Shown here piece by piece: positions 23,665 through 36,549 of a stretch of 64,000 bases of DNA. The DNA is from Lama glama (lineage: Eukaryota). The position numbers and the translations under genes were made by a program. Location: the NCBI GenBank assembly GCA_028534125.1, contig CM052818.1:15316001-15380000 (forward strand), read 5' to 3'. Numbering within the stretch: position 1 is the first letter of the stretch; each line of letters opens with the position of its first letter. The notes below the pieces were generated by a model. It ran no database searches. It was not told the origin of the DNA and worked only from the letters and a program-made list of their open reading frames with translations.

Positions 23665-25420
23665 TCATCCAAATAAATTCAGAGTACAATATACTCTTCT
23701 AGGCACTGGGGATACGGCAATACACAAAAAGCTCTTCTCATGATGTTTACATTCGAGTAGGAGGACACAGATAATAAACAGTAATTGAATATATTCTGTG
23801 TGAGATGGCGATAAGTGCTATGAAGAAAAATGAAGAAGTTAGAGTGACTGATGGAAGGTAATTTTCTAGACAAGGTGAACAGGAAAGGCCTCTCTTATGA
23901 GTGATAGTTAGCAGAGGTCTAAAACTAGTGAAGAAGTAGGGTGTCACATATCTGGGGGGAGAGCAGAGGAAGTAATCAGAACAGAGTCTAAATGGGCATA
24001 TGATTGACCTTTTGTGGGACAGCTGTGGAGCCAGAGTAGATGGAGGGACAAGGGTAAGAGGTCAGGTTATGTAGGGTTCTGTGGACCATGGTAAGGAGTT
24101 TCTATTTCATTCTAAGTGTGAAGGAAAATGTTGGGTTGAGGGGTCTGAAGAGGAATTACATAAAATGACTTAGATTTTCAAAGTATCACTTTAGCTATTG
24201 TGTATATTATAGTCTGTAGCAGGCATAAGTGGAAGCAATGTGGTGCCTTATGAGTCTGTTGGGCAGAGTCGAGATTAACTTTGATGATGGCTTGGTGTGG
24301 GGCAGTGGTTCTCAAACTTCAGCTTCAGAATCAACTGGAGGGTTTGTTAAAATGCAGATTACTGAGCCCTTTTTTCAGAGTTTTGATTCAGTGAGTCTGG
24401 TAGTATCTAAGAATTTAAGTTTCTATAAAATTCTCAGGTAATTTTGATAATGAAGGTTGGAGGACCACACTGAGAGAACTATTCAGTGGTGGTTACGGGA
24501 GGAAGTACTGAGAAGTGATTAGAATCTGGATAGATTTCAAAAGATCCAGAAGTATTGGTTAATTGTTTGGATGTAGAGTATGAGATAAAAGAGTCAAAGA
24601 TGATTTCAAGGTTTTTTTTTTTTTTTTGCCTGAGAAATTGAAGAAGAGAGTTGGGGAATTGAAGCCAATTTAGGAGGAAAATGGCTACCTGCAGGGGTGA
24701 TGGACAGTGAAAAGATGGTAGGATCAATGGATTGTCATTCTCAGTATGAATAATTTGGGGAGTCACTCCTTGAGGGGGTAAAGAGGATTGATAGGAGAAG
24801 CTGGTTGCACTATGGGATTTTGAAATTCGATTGTGGAGGGTGTTTGGTAATGTGTATGACAAGGTTTAAGATACAATAACAGAGTAGGTGATGGAGATGG
24901 AGTGGAGGTCAAGATTACTGAAATAAGGAGGTCTGTGAACTTAGAGAGCAGGATAATATTAGGAAAACTTATATGGATACTGAAATAATTAAGAATTATG
25001 ACAGGAGTAATGGTAGAGTCCAAGAGCTAAAATCTTTGCAGAAGGAAGGAGGGCGACTGAGGTCTGTAGTTAACCACAGTAATGAAGGATTGATGGTGCT
25101 CTGATTTCATGGCATGAGGAGCTGGAAGGAGTTTAGAAGATTTTAGGGAGCTTTGAGGCCCCACGTCTTTGAGTTTGGAAAAAATAGTAACCACTAAATA
25201 AGATTTTTCAGAGATGGAGACATTTTGTTTGGAACCAGAGGGGAAGCAAATACCTGGAGTGAAGGTTTATGACAGCATTTTGCTGGTGACTGATGATTAC
25301 TCTGAAGGTCAAGGGTTTTTACTGTGTGTAGGGTGGGTAGCTGGTCCATATCAGGCAGCAGACAGAGCTGTATGGAGGTGAGAGACCAGGTGAGGAGGGA
25401 TGGCCTGGGAATCCAGGGCT
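23665..25420 (-). mobile_element. L2 (L2a-like) LINE, ~1.5 kb, interrupted by MER5A
   Basis: TTCTAGGCACTGGGGATAC...TTACATTC, TGGACCATGGTAAGGAGTTT...TTCTAAGTG, GATGATTTCAAGGTTTTT...GCCTGAG, followed by purine-rich antisense ORF2-region sequence. Confidence 0.8.
24303..24481. mobile_element. MER5A hAT-Charlie MITE
   Basis: CAGTGGTTCTCAAACTT...CAGAATCAACTGGAGGGTTTGTTAAAATGCAGATT...GGACCACACTGAGA. Confidence 0.9.
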
Positions 25421-26734
25421 TCTGATGGTGGCTTAGTAAATAGAGACATAAGCATGCTGTTGGGTGGGATGGTAAGTTTTGTGGCTGTGGCTGTGGCAGC
25501 ATCAGCAAGAGCCCAGGTTCTCCTGTAGTGTGACCTTGGTAACAGGGAATACTCATCCTACATTTCGTGGTTCCATGTGGAGAAATCTCCCTGGCCTTTA
25601 TCATTTCACTGCTCTTACTCCCACTCCCATGGGGAAGGAGAAGACCGTCCGATTTGTGAGTTTGGAAGAAGGAAGTGGGTAAGTTCAGCTCACTCCTATC
25701 TTTTCTTCTTGCTCTTCATGTCAGCTTGTCTGCAGGAGAGCTTCGCCCTGCCATGCTCCTGTCTCACAGGAACGGCCTTGCCTCTGTCCTGAAGACCTGC
25801 GGCATAAGAGGGGCGACGAATCTAATTCAGGGAGACTGCTCTGTCCAAAGCTACCATCTCCAACACAGCTTTCCCCATACTAACTGATAACTTTTTCCCG
25901 CCTGACTCAAGTGGGGAAGGGGAGTGATGTTCCTGTCTCAGTGTCTAAAGGAGAACCTTAAGAGATTTGGTTTCTACCCGTTTTTAAACCTGGTTCCTCA
26001 GCCTTGCACTGATTCTATATCCTTAATTGTCCTTCAGATAAATCCCTATTTGCTTATTATAGATAGAGTCAGTTTCAGTCACTTTAAACCAAGCACTGTA
26101 ACCAATGCAATCATTTAGTCCCTGTTCTGGACGAACTTCATTGGTTTGCCAGAAAGGTTGTCGTGCTTTGCTTGAAAATGGCTAAAATGTCTGCGTGTTA
26201 CTCTTTGACATTTCATTACAGACAACGCACAGGAGAATGAATTAGCAGTCTGGGAAAACCCAATTTTCAGATAATTATCATTGTACTTTGTATTCCCACT
26301 CTGCTGTTTCGACAGCTTATGCTAAATTCGCACACCCACAGATTCACTTGGCTGAATATGTAAAGATTCACTTTCTGTGGTCTTTCTGGAGTCGAGTTCA
26401 AATATGTTTATGACATTCTTATGGGTTGTACTTTTTACATTATAGTTTTTGAACATATTTATTCACTCATGCACGAGATTAGAGCTGTTGCTCCCTTTTG
26501 AGGAATTGGTGGCATAATGATAGACTATAATACTCACAGCAATATAAATTTAACAACTGTAAACAATTACATAGAAATGTAAGTCCATTGACTCAGGCTG
26601 ACTGTGTGCTGTCAACAAATGCCAGCCAGAATAAACGGGGCAATATCGTCTTTGAAGCACTTTTGTGACCTTTCCAGACTTAATCGTTAGTAAGAAACTC
26701 ACAGGGTTTCTATGAAAATCATTATTAATCTTAC

Positions 26735-27284
26735 TGTGCTGGTTATCTAGTGCTGTACACCAAACTACACCCAAACTCAGCGCCTTAAAACACAACCACA
26801 TGCTACATCTCAGTTCTGTGGGTTGGAATTTGGGCAGGGCTTGGCTGATTGATTTTTCTGCTCCACACGGCACTGAGTGGGATAGTTCACCGGCGCTCAG
26901 TGATGATGGCTGGGCTGGACTGGGGACTCCAAGGTGCTTCACTGGAGCTTTGGTGTGAATGACTGGAAGGCTGGGATCAGCTGGGGCAGCCCGTCTCTCC
27001 AGGTAGTCGTGGTGTCTCTCCCTCGGGTGTGTAAAAGAGGGTTGATGGGTTTCTAGCATATTCTAACACAATGGTTGAGGGATCTGAGAGTGACTGTCCC
27101 AAGAGATAAAGGTGGAAACTTTAAGGTTTTTAGTAATACAGACTTGAAGTCCCCAGAAAGTCACTTTTATAGTCTATTGACAAAGGAAATCACTGAGACA
27201 GGCTGGCTTCAAGGGCAGAGGAATTTTCCTATCTCTTAATGGCAGAAATGTCAGCTGTGTTACAGCCATCTTTTATCCACACTA
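26735..27284 (-). mobile_element. MaLR LTR (MLT1H-like)
   Basis: TGTGCTGGTTATCTAGTGCTGT...CCCAAACTCAGCGCCTTAAAAC...TTCTGTGGGTTGGAATTTGGGCAGGGCTTGGCTG...CAGCCATCTTTTATCCAC. Confidence 0.85.
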
Positions 27285-27477
27285 TGAAATGTGTTAAGTA
27301 ATGTGGACAACGCTGTTCTGTTGCTTTATTTCTGAAACAAATTGCTTGAGGAATGCTTGACCCTTGGAACCACTAGGGCTCCAAGGATCATTCTGAGAAA
27401 AGATCTGTCTAGACAATGAGGGTGATCTTGATTATAAGTGCTAATTAAAAACATACAATATGGTCTCCAGCCTATTA

Positions 27478-27760
27478 GGGAGGTATTGTGCATAATGGTT
27501 ACTAAGGTCGCTGAGGGTAAATTGCCCGGAGTTCAAAGCCAGGTGTGAAGACTTACTAGCTATATCACATGGGCAAATGTCTTACTTTGTCCATTTTCTA
27601 TTTCTCATTTTCTTCCTCTACTATCTGGAAATGATAATATTTCCCATTTTCCCAGGTTTCTTTTAGAATTAACTGAAAAAAAAAATGGAAGTCAAGAATT
27701 TAGTATAGCACCTGGCACATGACATCACTCAGTACATACTAATTACAGTGATTAATGTTG
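27478..27760 (+). mobile_element. MIR SINE
   Basis: GCATAATGGTTA...GGAGTTCAAAGCCAGG...ACTTACTAGCT...GGGCAA...AGCACCTGGCACATGAC...ACTCAGTA. Confidence 0.8.
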
Positions 27761-29039
27761 ATACATTTGTTTAGGCTCCTGAGTCTCACTGGTATTTCCT
27801 TAAGAGCAACTGATATTTAGGGGATGAATTATTAAAAATGTGTCCATCTCTGCTTTTCAGTATTCTTTTTTGAGAGTGTATGTCTTTTTATATGAGGCTG
27901 GGATGCTATTTCAATATTCTTTCAATTATTACTGAAAATTATCAGAGTTTTCTTATTATTGACCCAGGTCAGTGTTTTGTATGTTACAAACATACAGGAA
28001 CTTAGGAGTATCATTTGTGGTATCTTTCAGAAAGATCTGTCTGTTCTACAGTGTTGAGGTGTGTTATGGTGGAAGTTCTTCTGTGCTGTGACCAATAATA
28101 GCATTAAGACTCACACAAAGCCCATGAAAAGGACAGCAGAGGTCCCATGGGGTCAGCAAAAACATTGTCTGACAACCTGGATTATTGGGAGAGTTCAGCT
28201 GGGTGTTGTATGTCAAGTTATTTCAGGGAGTTTCAAAATGTCATAAAATAAAATCCAACGAATGCTTTCTGGGAATCCATGTTGACTTAGTGTTTTGCTA
28301 TGGCAGGAGGTACGCAGCCTAATGTGGGAGAGAAGCTCTCAGGCGTTGGTAGCTATTGGATAGTCAGGTTCCGTGGAGGGCTGGGCAAGGAGACACAAAC
28401 AGAGGTATTCAGTAATACCTGCCATGGCTCTGAGGAATATAGTCCTGATTTTTCCTTTGCAATTGTTCGTATATTTCACTTTGACTCTTAAAAATGGGAT
28501 TTCATTGCCTCTGTTCCTTTGTATCAATTAAAGGCACTACTTCGATTCCTTAGATTGAAGGGAGCCCTTGAGGCCTGTGCCATTCGTAGCAGAGCTAATG
28601 CTCTCTTCTCCCGTAGTAACTTATTCTCCCGAGTCAGCAGAATCAATTTAATTCACAATCCTTTATTAGTCACTTTAGACAATTTAACCAAATTAACGAA
28701 TTCTCTGGAGAGTATAATGTTGAATTATGTATTCAAGTATTCTTTAAAAATTGTTAAGGGAGAGTCACAAAGACTGAGTTTCCTTCTAATACAAAAATGC
28801 GCCAACCAACCCACGTTTTTGGACATAATTTTTTTGCTTAATTATTTCTTCTGTATTAACAGCAATGCAACTCTGTATTTATAATGACTGTCTGTTTAAC
28901 TTCAGATTCCTTTATTAGCTCTATCTTTGTTTTTATGAGTTTCTTGAATCTTCGTGTAGTACAGATTCCAGCTTGAGCTCAGACCAAGTTTAGTCGTATG
29001 TTGCTGTAACTGGGAAGCAGCGGACTGGCTGCTTGGTTG

Positions 29040-29165
29040 ATTGATTGATTCCTTTATTTTATCAGTATTATATTGGTGCCCGTTATGTGCCAGACAGTCT
29101 TCCAGGCAGTTGGAATAAAGCAGTGGCCAAAACAGAACTTAACTTTATGGAACTTACACTCTTTC
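29040..29165 (-). mobile_element. L2 3' end fragment
   Basis: TATTGGTGCCCGTTATGTGCCAGACAGTCTTCCAGGCAGTTGGAATAAAGCAGTG...ATGGAACTTACACT. Confidence 0.7.
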
Positions 29166-29759
29166 TCATTTTTTTGGAATGTAGAGCTTAGAAGAAACAG
29201 TCAACAGTTTCTAATACTAGGTTTGTATTAGGCTGTATACAGACTGCAAATAGACAACTCTTGGTAGAGGACAGAGGAGCCGTTTACCCACGAGACACGT
29301 GATACAATCAGAAAGCTTTAGCCCTTAGAGGGAAGGGACTATCTAGATTCTCAAGATTGGTCTACAGTGAACTCACGGCTCAGTACGTGGTGAATGGCTG
29401 TGTTCGGTGTTCGTGTGTGCATGTGTTTGGGAGAAAGAGAAAGGGTCAGGGGTAGGGCAGAGGACGAGGCGAGAAGGGGGAAGGGGAGAGAAAGTTAGAT
29501 CTGATGGGAAAGAGTTCTTTCTGCAGTCTGCGAGGAAATGGACACCCTGTGTTTGTGAAGACAAGTAAGAGAATATACTTAGAAGTGTGCAGGCCTGGGG
29601 GGACTTTATAGAAGGTCAGTATCCTGGGTGAGGTAATGGGGAGAAGCAGAACAGGGGGAGAGGCACCGTTCCCGTTAACGGACTCGAAGGCTGATGAGAA
29701 CTGTCTTTTCCTGGAGATTTCTTCCTGACCTGCAGCTAGGCTCACAGCTACAAAGCCTC

Positions 29760-30012
29760 ACGTCTCCACAGAAGCAACACCTTTTCTGAGTGATTTCCCG
29801 TGATACCTCAGATAGGAAGTTACCTGTCCCTGCTTTCTGTTCCCACTGTACTTATGTCCTGTCGTGGCATCTGTTATCTTGTGTTGTGACTGCACGTTGT
29901 TTTCACCTCGACTGTAAGCGCTTTGATGGCGAGGCCCACATCTCTATACTCTGATCCCTTGCGCACAGCAGAGTGCCTGCCGTAAAGGAAGAGCATAGTA
30001 CATACTTACTGA
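29760..30012 (+). mobile_element. L2 3' end fragment
   Basis: GACTGTAAGCGCTTTGATGGC...GCACAGCAGAGTGCCTGC...GTACATACTTACTGAA. Confidence 0.65.
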
Positions 30013-30424
30013 AAAATTTTATATTCTTAATCTATACTCTTCTGCTACTTCATCTTCTTGTCACTTTTATATGATGGTAGAAGATAAAAGGTATTTTTCA
30101 GGAAGTTTGCTCAACAAATTACACATGACTATGAAAGAAATGATTACTAATTACCATACTCAGAATTTTTTTCTTCTAAATGTAATGCTTTCCACATATT
30201 TTCTTTAATTCTTATCAAAAGCCCACGAGGTTAAACTGATTTTGATGTCTTCTGAGTGAGTTGGAGGAATTAAGGATTCAGTCTTTTTACAGTTTATTTA
30301 TTGTCTTTTGCTCCTTTCATTACCATCAAGTGTTTATTCTTTACTGGTTCATTTTTTCATAGTGTTGGTATATAAAAAACAGGGGATTACTTCTCCTTGG
30401 CTTATTTCCTATTGTATAAAAAAA

Positions 30425-30815
30425 ACTCTAGACTAGTGCATGTAACTCAAACCAACATTACCACTGTCTTAAGCCAAAAATAACTGTATTAGTGATGAAT
30501 CTTATGAAATCCGAGGAATATCTGAATAAGACTTCTCAAGAAACTAAGGCAAATTCAGTGTTTCATTCCAGATTCTTACCATTTTGGTGACTGTTACCAA
30601 CAGTTCTTAATGATCCCAGTTCAAAAGTCCAAATCCCAAGAAAGTATGAGTTAGAACTTTCCAGACTGGGTCAGATGTCTTCTCTTGACCCAAACAGCTA
30701 TGCATAGAGGAAGGTCAAAAGGTAGAAATGTGTCTACTGAGAATCCCTCTTTTTGAAAGATATGATGACTTTCAGAGACATGAGAATAGTCAGATAACCC
30801 AGTAGTGTGCACTAA
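30425..30815 (-). mobile_element. Old MaLR LTR (MLT1K/L-like)
   Basis: GTCTTAAGCCAAAAA...TGGGTCAGATGTCTTCTCTTGACCCAAACAGCTATG; heavily diverged. Confidence 0.5.
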
Positions 30816-30896
30816 AACTCTTGAGAAGACCAGCTCATGGATGAAAAAGGAAGAAAAATTTTGAGAATACTCACCAGACTGCTTTTATTTTTTCAG

Positions 30897-30936
30897 TCAT
30901 AGTACTTTAATTTCACGAACTGTTTGATCTAACAAG
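30897..30936 (+). other. Candidate 40-nt non-coding exon
   Basis: Branch-like TACTCAC (~30868-30874), acceptor CTTTTATTTTTTCAG|, donor AAG|GTAAGA. Stops occur in all three frames. Confidence 0.3.
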
Positions 30937-31477
30937 GTAAGATATTTGCAACAAAAATAAAAAAACTTCCAAATGAAAAGTCATTAAGTCCATTTATATC
31001 AAAGTTGAGCCTCAGAGTTTAGTTTTTCATGTACAAAGAGCTAGTGAGTGACATAGCCAGAACTTAGACCTTAAACTCCAAATTTCATTCTCTTTCCACA
31101 TCATCATGTTACCTCTCTACATTATTTTACTTAATCTTAACAATGGCTCTGTGAAGTTGTAGTATTATCTTCATTTTATGTTGCTTGGGGCAGTATAATT
31201 AGCAGAAAAAACTTGTCTGTACTCCAGGGTATTTCAGGATGAGACAGGTTATTGTTGTCTAATTGCAAGAAACCCCATAATACCTCTTGAACTGGTTAAC
31301 CTAAAAGGTGATATCCTCCATCTTGTGGTATTGAAGTTCAAATGGAATATAAAGAAATATTCAGAAGACAGACCCAACATGCCCTTTAGATCTTGGTTTT
31401 GGCAATGGGTAAGAAATTACTTCACTTGATGTATTACCATGAATTTTTATAGCTTTATACTTCTAAAATGTATATGC

Positions 31478-31654
31478 AATGGTTCATTGATTCTAAAACA
31501 TCCTTCCCCCACCCCCAATTTTGATATCACTGAAACTGGGCTTACTTCTCTCAATGTCATGTTGTAGTTTAACAGACAACATATTTTATTTCTCAGTGGT
31601 ACCTAGAATAATGGTGCACCTTACGTTTGGTGGATTCTTAGATCTGATGAAATA

Positions 31655-31655
<1 letters not shown>
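31478..31655. mobile_element. MER104-like TcMar-Tc2 MITE
   Basis: TTCATTGATTCTAA...CACTGAAACTGGG...AATAATGGTGCACCTTAC...CTTAGATCTGATGAAATA; the ends are inverted. Confidence 0.75.

Positions 31656-31656
<1 letters not shown>

Positions 31657-31702
<46 letters not shown>
31657..31702. repeat. (AC)23 microsatellite
   Basis: Perfect AC dinucleotide run of 46 bp. Confidence 0.98.
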
Positions 31703-31704
<2 letters not shown>

Positions 31705-32099
31705 AAACATAGAGGGTAACTGAAGACAATTCCAGCTGCCTAGTTTCCTGTATCACAACTTTCATCCCCAAAATAACCCAGAACAGTAAGAAAAACTAAA
31801 ACTACACAAAAAATCACTCAAAATAACTTGAAGACAGCAAATGCCAAAATTTCAGAATAACTATAAAAAGAAAAAAACCCCATCAAATCCCAGTGGGTGA
31901 TCTCTTATGTTCCTGCCCTCCTGCAAGGCTTTGTGGCAAACAAAGATAGAACTTAAAAAGCTGCAGGGAAGAGAAGAGAGGAGCTAACAACTGGCCTTAG
32001 ACTGGTCTAAAGTCACCTGGAGAAGGAATAATAAGTCCATGTTAAATCTAGAAATGAAAAAAGTCTTGTGGACATATTGGGGCATGGTCTACAAAGAAA

Positions 32100-34102
32100 T
32101 GACTAAAAAAATGTGGGATTTGTTTTCCTGTTTCCTTTTTCTGCTTCCTTCTGGGTCATTGAAAAATGCAACCATTTCTTATATCCAAAATTGAGAAGTG
32201 CTATAAAAGACAGGTATCTTGCTCTTTGTTAAAACCCCTTAATTGATCAAGACAATGTCAAATAAATGCTTTCATGTGAATTAAATGGCTCAGGAAAGCA
32301 GATTAAGGGCATAACCCTCCTACAGAAGGTTAACAAGCTCAAAGCACTTAAAATTGAGTCTGGTGAGAAAGAAGCAAGTTTCAAAAAGAAATGTGGTTGT
32401 GTCTTTTGGCAAATTGAGCTACCTGGAATCAAATAGTTTAAAAAGCTGGCTGAGTTTTGACAGAATGTATATAGCCCTCCCCCACCAAAAAAAATCCTCT
32501 ATCTTGTATTAGGAGGGTCTGTGACTATTCTAGACTTAATATAACCATAAAGCCTCCAACGTTACACAGACAAGACCAGGAAGTAGAGCTAAGAGACACA
32601 GGGAACAATAGATTGTAGTGGCAAAACCAGGGCCTAATAGGGAAAGTCTCTTACTCTCAGAGAAGGCTTCCTGATGATTGAGATCTTCCCACTAGGATTT
32701 CAGAACTCCTGTGGACCATGGGCTGCAATGTGCCTTACATTCTTTTCTTTAAAAAAAAACTTGCTAAAAATTTTTTTCTTTGTGGCTTTGTTGAGATGTA
32801 ATTGATGTATAACATTGTGTAAGTTTAAGATGTACAACATGATGATTTGACATATGTATGTATTGCGAAGTGATTATGATAATAAGATTAGTTAACACAT
32901 CCATTAACCTCACGTAGTTACCTTTTGTGTGTGTGTGGTAAGAGCTTTTAAGATCCACTCTCTTAGTAACTTTCAAGTATACAATAGTGTTGTTAACTAT
33001 AGTCACCATACTGTACGTTAAATCTCCAGCACTTATGCATCTTACAGCTGGAAGTTTGTATCCTTTCACCCATTTCTTCTACTACCCCAACCCTGGAAAC
33101 CATCCATCTACTCTGTTTCTATGAATTCTGTTTTTCAGATTCCACATACAAATGTGGTTATATAATGTTTGTTGTTCTCTGTCTGACTTAGTATAATGCA
33201 CTTAAGTGTCATCCATGTTGTTGCAAATGGCAGAATTTCCTTTTTTATTGTTGAATAACATTCTATTGTGTATATGTGAGTGTATATGTAAACACATGTA
33301 TAATATATATATTTTTCTTTATCCATTCATTTGTCAGCAGACAGATTGCTTCTGTATCTTGGCTAGTAAATAATGCTGCAGTGAACATGGGGGTACAGCT
33401 ATCTCCTTGAGATTGTGATTTCATTTCCTTTGGATATATACTCAGAAATTTAATTGTTGTATTATATGGTATTTCTTTCTTTTATGAAGCATTCTTCTCT
33501 TTTCTGATAAGAAGTATTTGTCGCCCTTTTACTGTCCTTGTCCTGCCATTGTATTTTAGTTATGTGGTCAAAAGGCAACTTATCCTTTTTCTGGATCAAG
33601 AGGAGTTACATTTATGTTTGATGATAAAATTATCACGAGATCCTTACCTTTGTGCCTCGGCTTTTAATTGGTTAGGCCTTTTTGTGTGTTTGACTTAGAG
33701 AAAAGCTTGATCTTTCAGGTGCCAAAGGAAGTCATCAAATATTTGTGAGTAAGATGATCGATTATTATGAACTGTATTACTGACTAGTTATTTGCTGATG
33801 TACTTGAAAAAGAGTTTACATATCCATTTGCAGTGAAATTTATAGTGTCTCAAATTTGTAGTGCCTTTAAGGGAGGTGTGCACTTTCTCATTTTATTAGA
33901 GTTTTTTTCAGTGAGACTTTATTTAGTTGTACAGGATAAATTCAGGAGGGTTTAGAATAAAAAAGGCATGGGGAATCAGAGAAACAACTGACTTTCATGT
34001 GACATATAACATGACCAAAAACAAACCTTCATTGTTGCAAGCTGCTGAAATTTTTTGGATTGTTCATTACTGCAGCGTAACATAGTAAAAGCTGACTAAC
34101 AC
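32100..34102 (+). mobile_element. MaLR element: MLT1-int 3' part plus 3' LTR (MLT1I/J-like), split by an L1 insertion
   Basis: Internal motifs CTTTGTTAAAACCC, AAAAGAAATGTGGTTGTG and GGATTTCAGAACTCCTGTGGACCATG. The element resumes at ~33490 after the L1 and ends TTACTGCAGCGTAACATAG...GCTGACTAACACA. Confidence 0.65.
32770..33480 (-). mobile_element. L1 3' end (L1MA9-like), 5'-truncated
   Basis: TTGAGATGTAATTGATGTATAACATTGTGTAAGTTTAAG...ATCCACTCTCTTAG...TTAACTATAGTCACCAT. The minus ORF encodes KKEILPFATTWM (ORF2 C-terminus). Approximate TSD CATTCTT(T/C)TCTTT at ~32738 and ~33490. Confidence 0.92.
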
Positions 34103-34109
34103 ATATGAT

Positions 34110-36210
34110 CTGATTTATGTTCTTGAAAGAACACTCAGTGTCCACATGGGACATGAATTAAAGGGATAAAAGAGTGAAGCTGGAAAAAAGTTAGAAAATT
34201 GTTTCAGTATTCTGAGGGAGATGATGATGTCTTGAATTTGGGTAGTAGTGATGGAATCAGAGAATGAGAATGAACAGGATTGGGTGATTGATGACATGTG
34301 ATAATATGAGAAATGTGTCAGAAATTAATTTTAGGTTTTGGTAGAAATAGCTGGATGGATGGTGGTCAGATAGGAGAGGAAACAATGAAAGATAAATAGA
34401 TACGGGGCAAGAGAAGCAGTTATGAAGTATGAATTTAGTTCTAGATATCTATGGGATATTTTAATGTAGAAATTGAACAAGAAGTTGAACACATAAAATA
34501 AGCTCAAAAGAGAGGTCTCAAAGATACAAAATTGAAATTTATCAGCCTTTAAATATTGGCCATAGGAGTGGATGAGACACCTAAGAAAGAGATTATAGAA
34601 TGAGAAGTTAAGATTAGTTATGAAAAATTCCCCCCAAAGTGTAACATTTAAAGATAAGTGGCCCCTGAAAGTGAATGAGAATAAAAGAAGTTACTTGGAG
34701 AAGTGGCTGATTCTAGCAAATGTAGGAAAGGTTAACCAGAAGTATTGTAGTGCCATGAAGTCAGAATGTGCTCAAAAGAAGAAGAAAAACCCAAATGGTA
34801 CGTACACAGGAGTCAGTTGAAAGAGCTTCCAGTGGCTGAAGCTGAAAACTTGACCAACAAATAAACATGGTGGTATTGAATTATAACCCAGAGTGTAAGT
34901 AAAGATCTATAAGTTTATGCTAATATGTGACTGAATAAATAAATGGGGAAGAAGAGAAAAAAATCTCCTGTGCAGAAGAATTCCAAATTATTTCTGTGGA
35001 TACTCTGCCATCAAAGATATACAGCATAGTTCTCCACTCTGTAAGTGTGGGCTGTGCATAGTGTTTTCCTTTCAAAGAATATTGGAAAGAGGGTAAAAAG
35101 AATAACTTTATACTGTAGAAACTTGACAAACACGACGTTAGCCAGATGATCAAGGTCAGTGTCGATAGTGATGTGTCATGTTGATAGTATGTACATTGGG
35201 ATATGATGTGATAAAAATGGCGTTTTACCTCTTTGGTATTCCTCCCCAAAACATGTAACTCTAGTCTAATCAGGAGGGAAACATCAGACAGATCCCAACA
35301 CATGGGCATTCTGAAAAAATAGTCACCAATACTCCTCATAACTGTCCAAGTCAATCGATAAAGAGGGGTAGGGAGTCTGATAAATGGTTTCAGTCTAGAG
35401 GAGCCTAAGGAGACATGATGACTAAATGTATGTGGTATCCTGGATGGGATCCTAGAACAGAAGAAGGAAATTAGGTAAAAACTGAAGAAATCTAAATTAT
35501 AGTCTTCAGTTAATACTAAAGTATCAGTAGTGGTTCATTAATTATAAAAAAATGTATCCTGTTAATAGTAAGGGAAACGGAGTATGTGGTATATGGGAAA
35601 TCTCTGCACTGATTTCACAACTCTTTTGTAAATCTAAAAATGTTATAAAAATAAAGTTTCTTTTTTTAAAGCGACAAAGGATTAAAACCAAGATATGGAA
35701 GCCAAGTGAAGAGCGTGGTCTTGAAAATTGCAAGTGATAAATTTTCTGCCTAAAGATTATCAGTGATCAAGTAAGTTGATAGAGAATTGTTCTTTGCATT
35801 TAGGAACCTGATCATCCTTTACCTGAACGAGAGTAGTGTCCATGGTGGAAGGATGGCAATAGAAGCCAGGTTGAAGTAGAATGTTGAGTCAATGTGATTT
35901 CAAGGCAAAAGGGCATTGTGTGGTGACATGGTCAGGAAAGGTGGCAGAGAACTGGAGAAAAAAGGCTTTTTTTTTTTTTTGGTAACTCAAGATGAATGGG
36001 AAGGTTGATGAGAAGTATTCAGTTAAAAGGCAAATACTGAAAATATAGGAGAATAGAGGTTTAATCAGTATAGTGATGAGGCATGGGATCACAAGGACTT
36101 TAATAGAGCACTGGGCATGTCTTCCATTGAAACAGAAGTCAGGAAGGAAGGATGGATGCTGAAAGAGGAATGCTAGTGGAGAATGATAACTCTAGGTTAA
36201 GGGAGTGCCT
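34110..36210 (-). mobile_element. L2 LINE fragments flanking an L1MC insertion
   Basis: GAGATGATGATGTCTTGAA, AGCTGGATGGATGGTGG, AGCTCAAAAGAGAGGTCT, GGAGTGGATGAGA. Continues after 35670 (AGAAGCCAGGTTGAAG). Confidence 0.6.
34785..35670 (+). mobile_element. L1MC/L1MD-type 3'UTR
   Basis: AACTTGACAAACACGAC..AGCCAGATGATCAAGGTCA, AGTCTAATCA..AG.GAAACATCAGACA, GGTATCCTGGATGGGATCCTAGAACAG; ends TGTAAATCTAAAAATGTTATAAAAATAAAG. Confidence 0.9.
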
Positions 36211-36212
36211 GT

Positions 36213-36549
36213 CTGTTATGGGTTGAACTGTATCCTCCCTACAAAATGTTGAAGTCCTAATCCCTAGTACCTGTCAGACTTTGGACATAGGATCTTTGCA
36301 GATGAATAAGATGAGATCATTAGGGTGGACCCTAATCCAAGCTAACAGTGTCTCTATAAAAAGGACACAGAGACATATACACAAGAAGAATGATATGTGA
36401 AGAGAAAGGCAGAAATTGTGGTGATGTATCTAAGGAATACTAAAGATTACCAACAAACCCTTAGAGAAAGGAGAGAGGCATAGGAAAAATTCTTACAGTC
36501 CTCAAAAGGAATCAGTCCTGACATAGGGAAGCCCTAGAAAACTAACACA
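36213..36549 (+). mobile_element. MaLR LTR (MLT1B/C-like) with internal deletion
   Basis: TGTTATGGGTTGAACTGT...TGTTGAAGTCCTAATCCCTAGTACC...TAGGGTGGACCCTAATCCAA...AGCCCTAGAAAACTAACACA. Confidence 0.9.

Noticed and set aside
26550..27059. 169-aa minus-strand ORF
   Set aside because: It lies largely inside an MLT1H LTR and has no recognisable domain.
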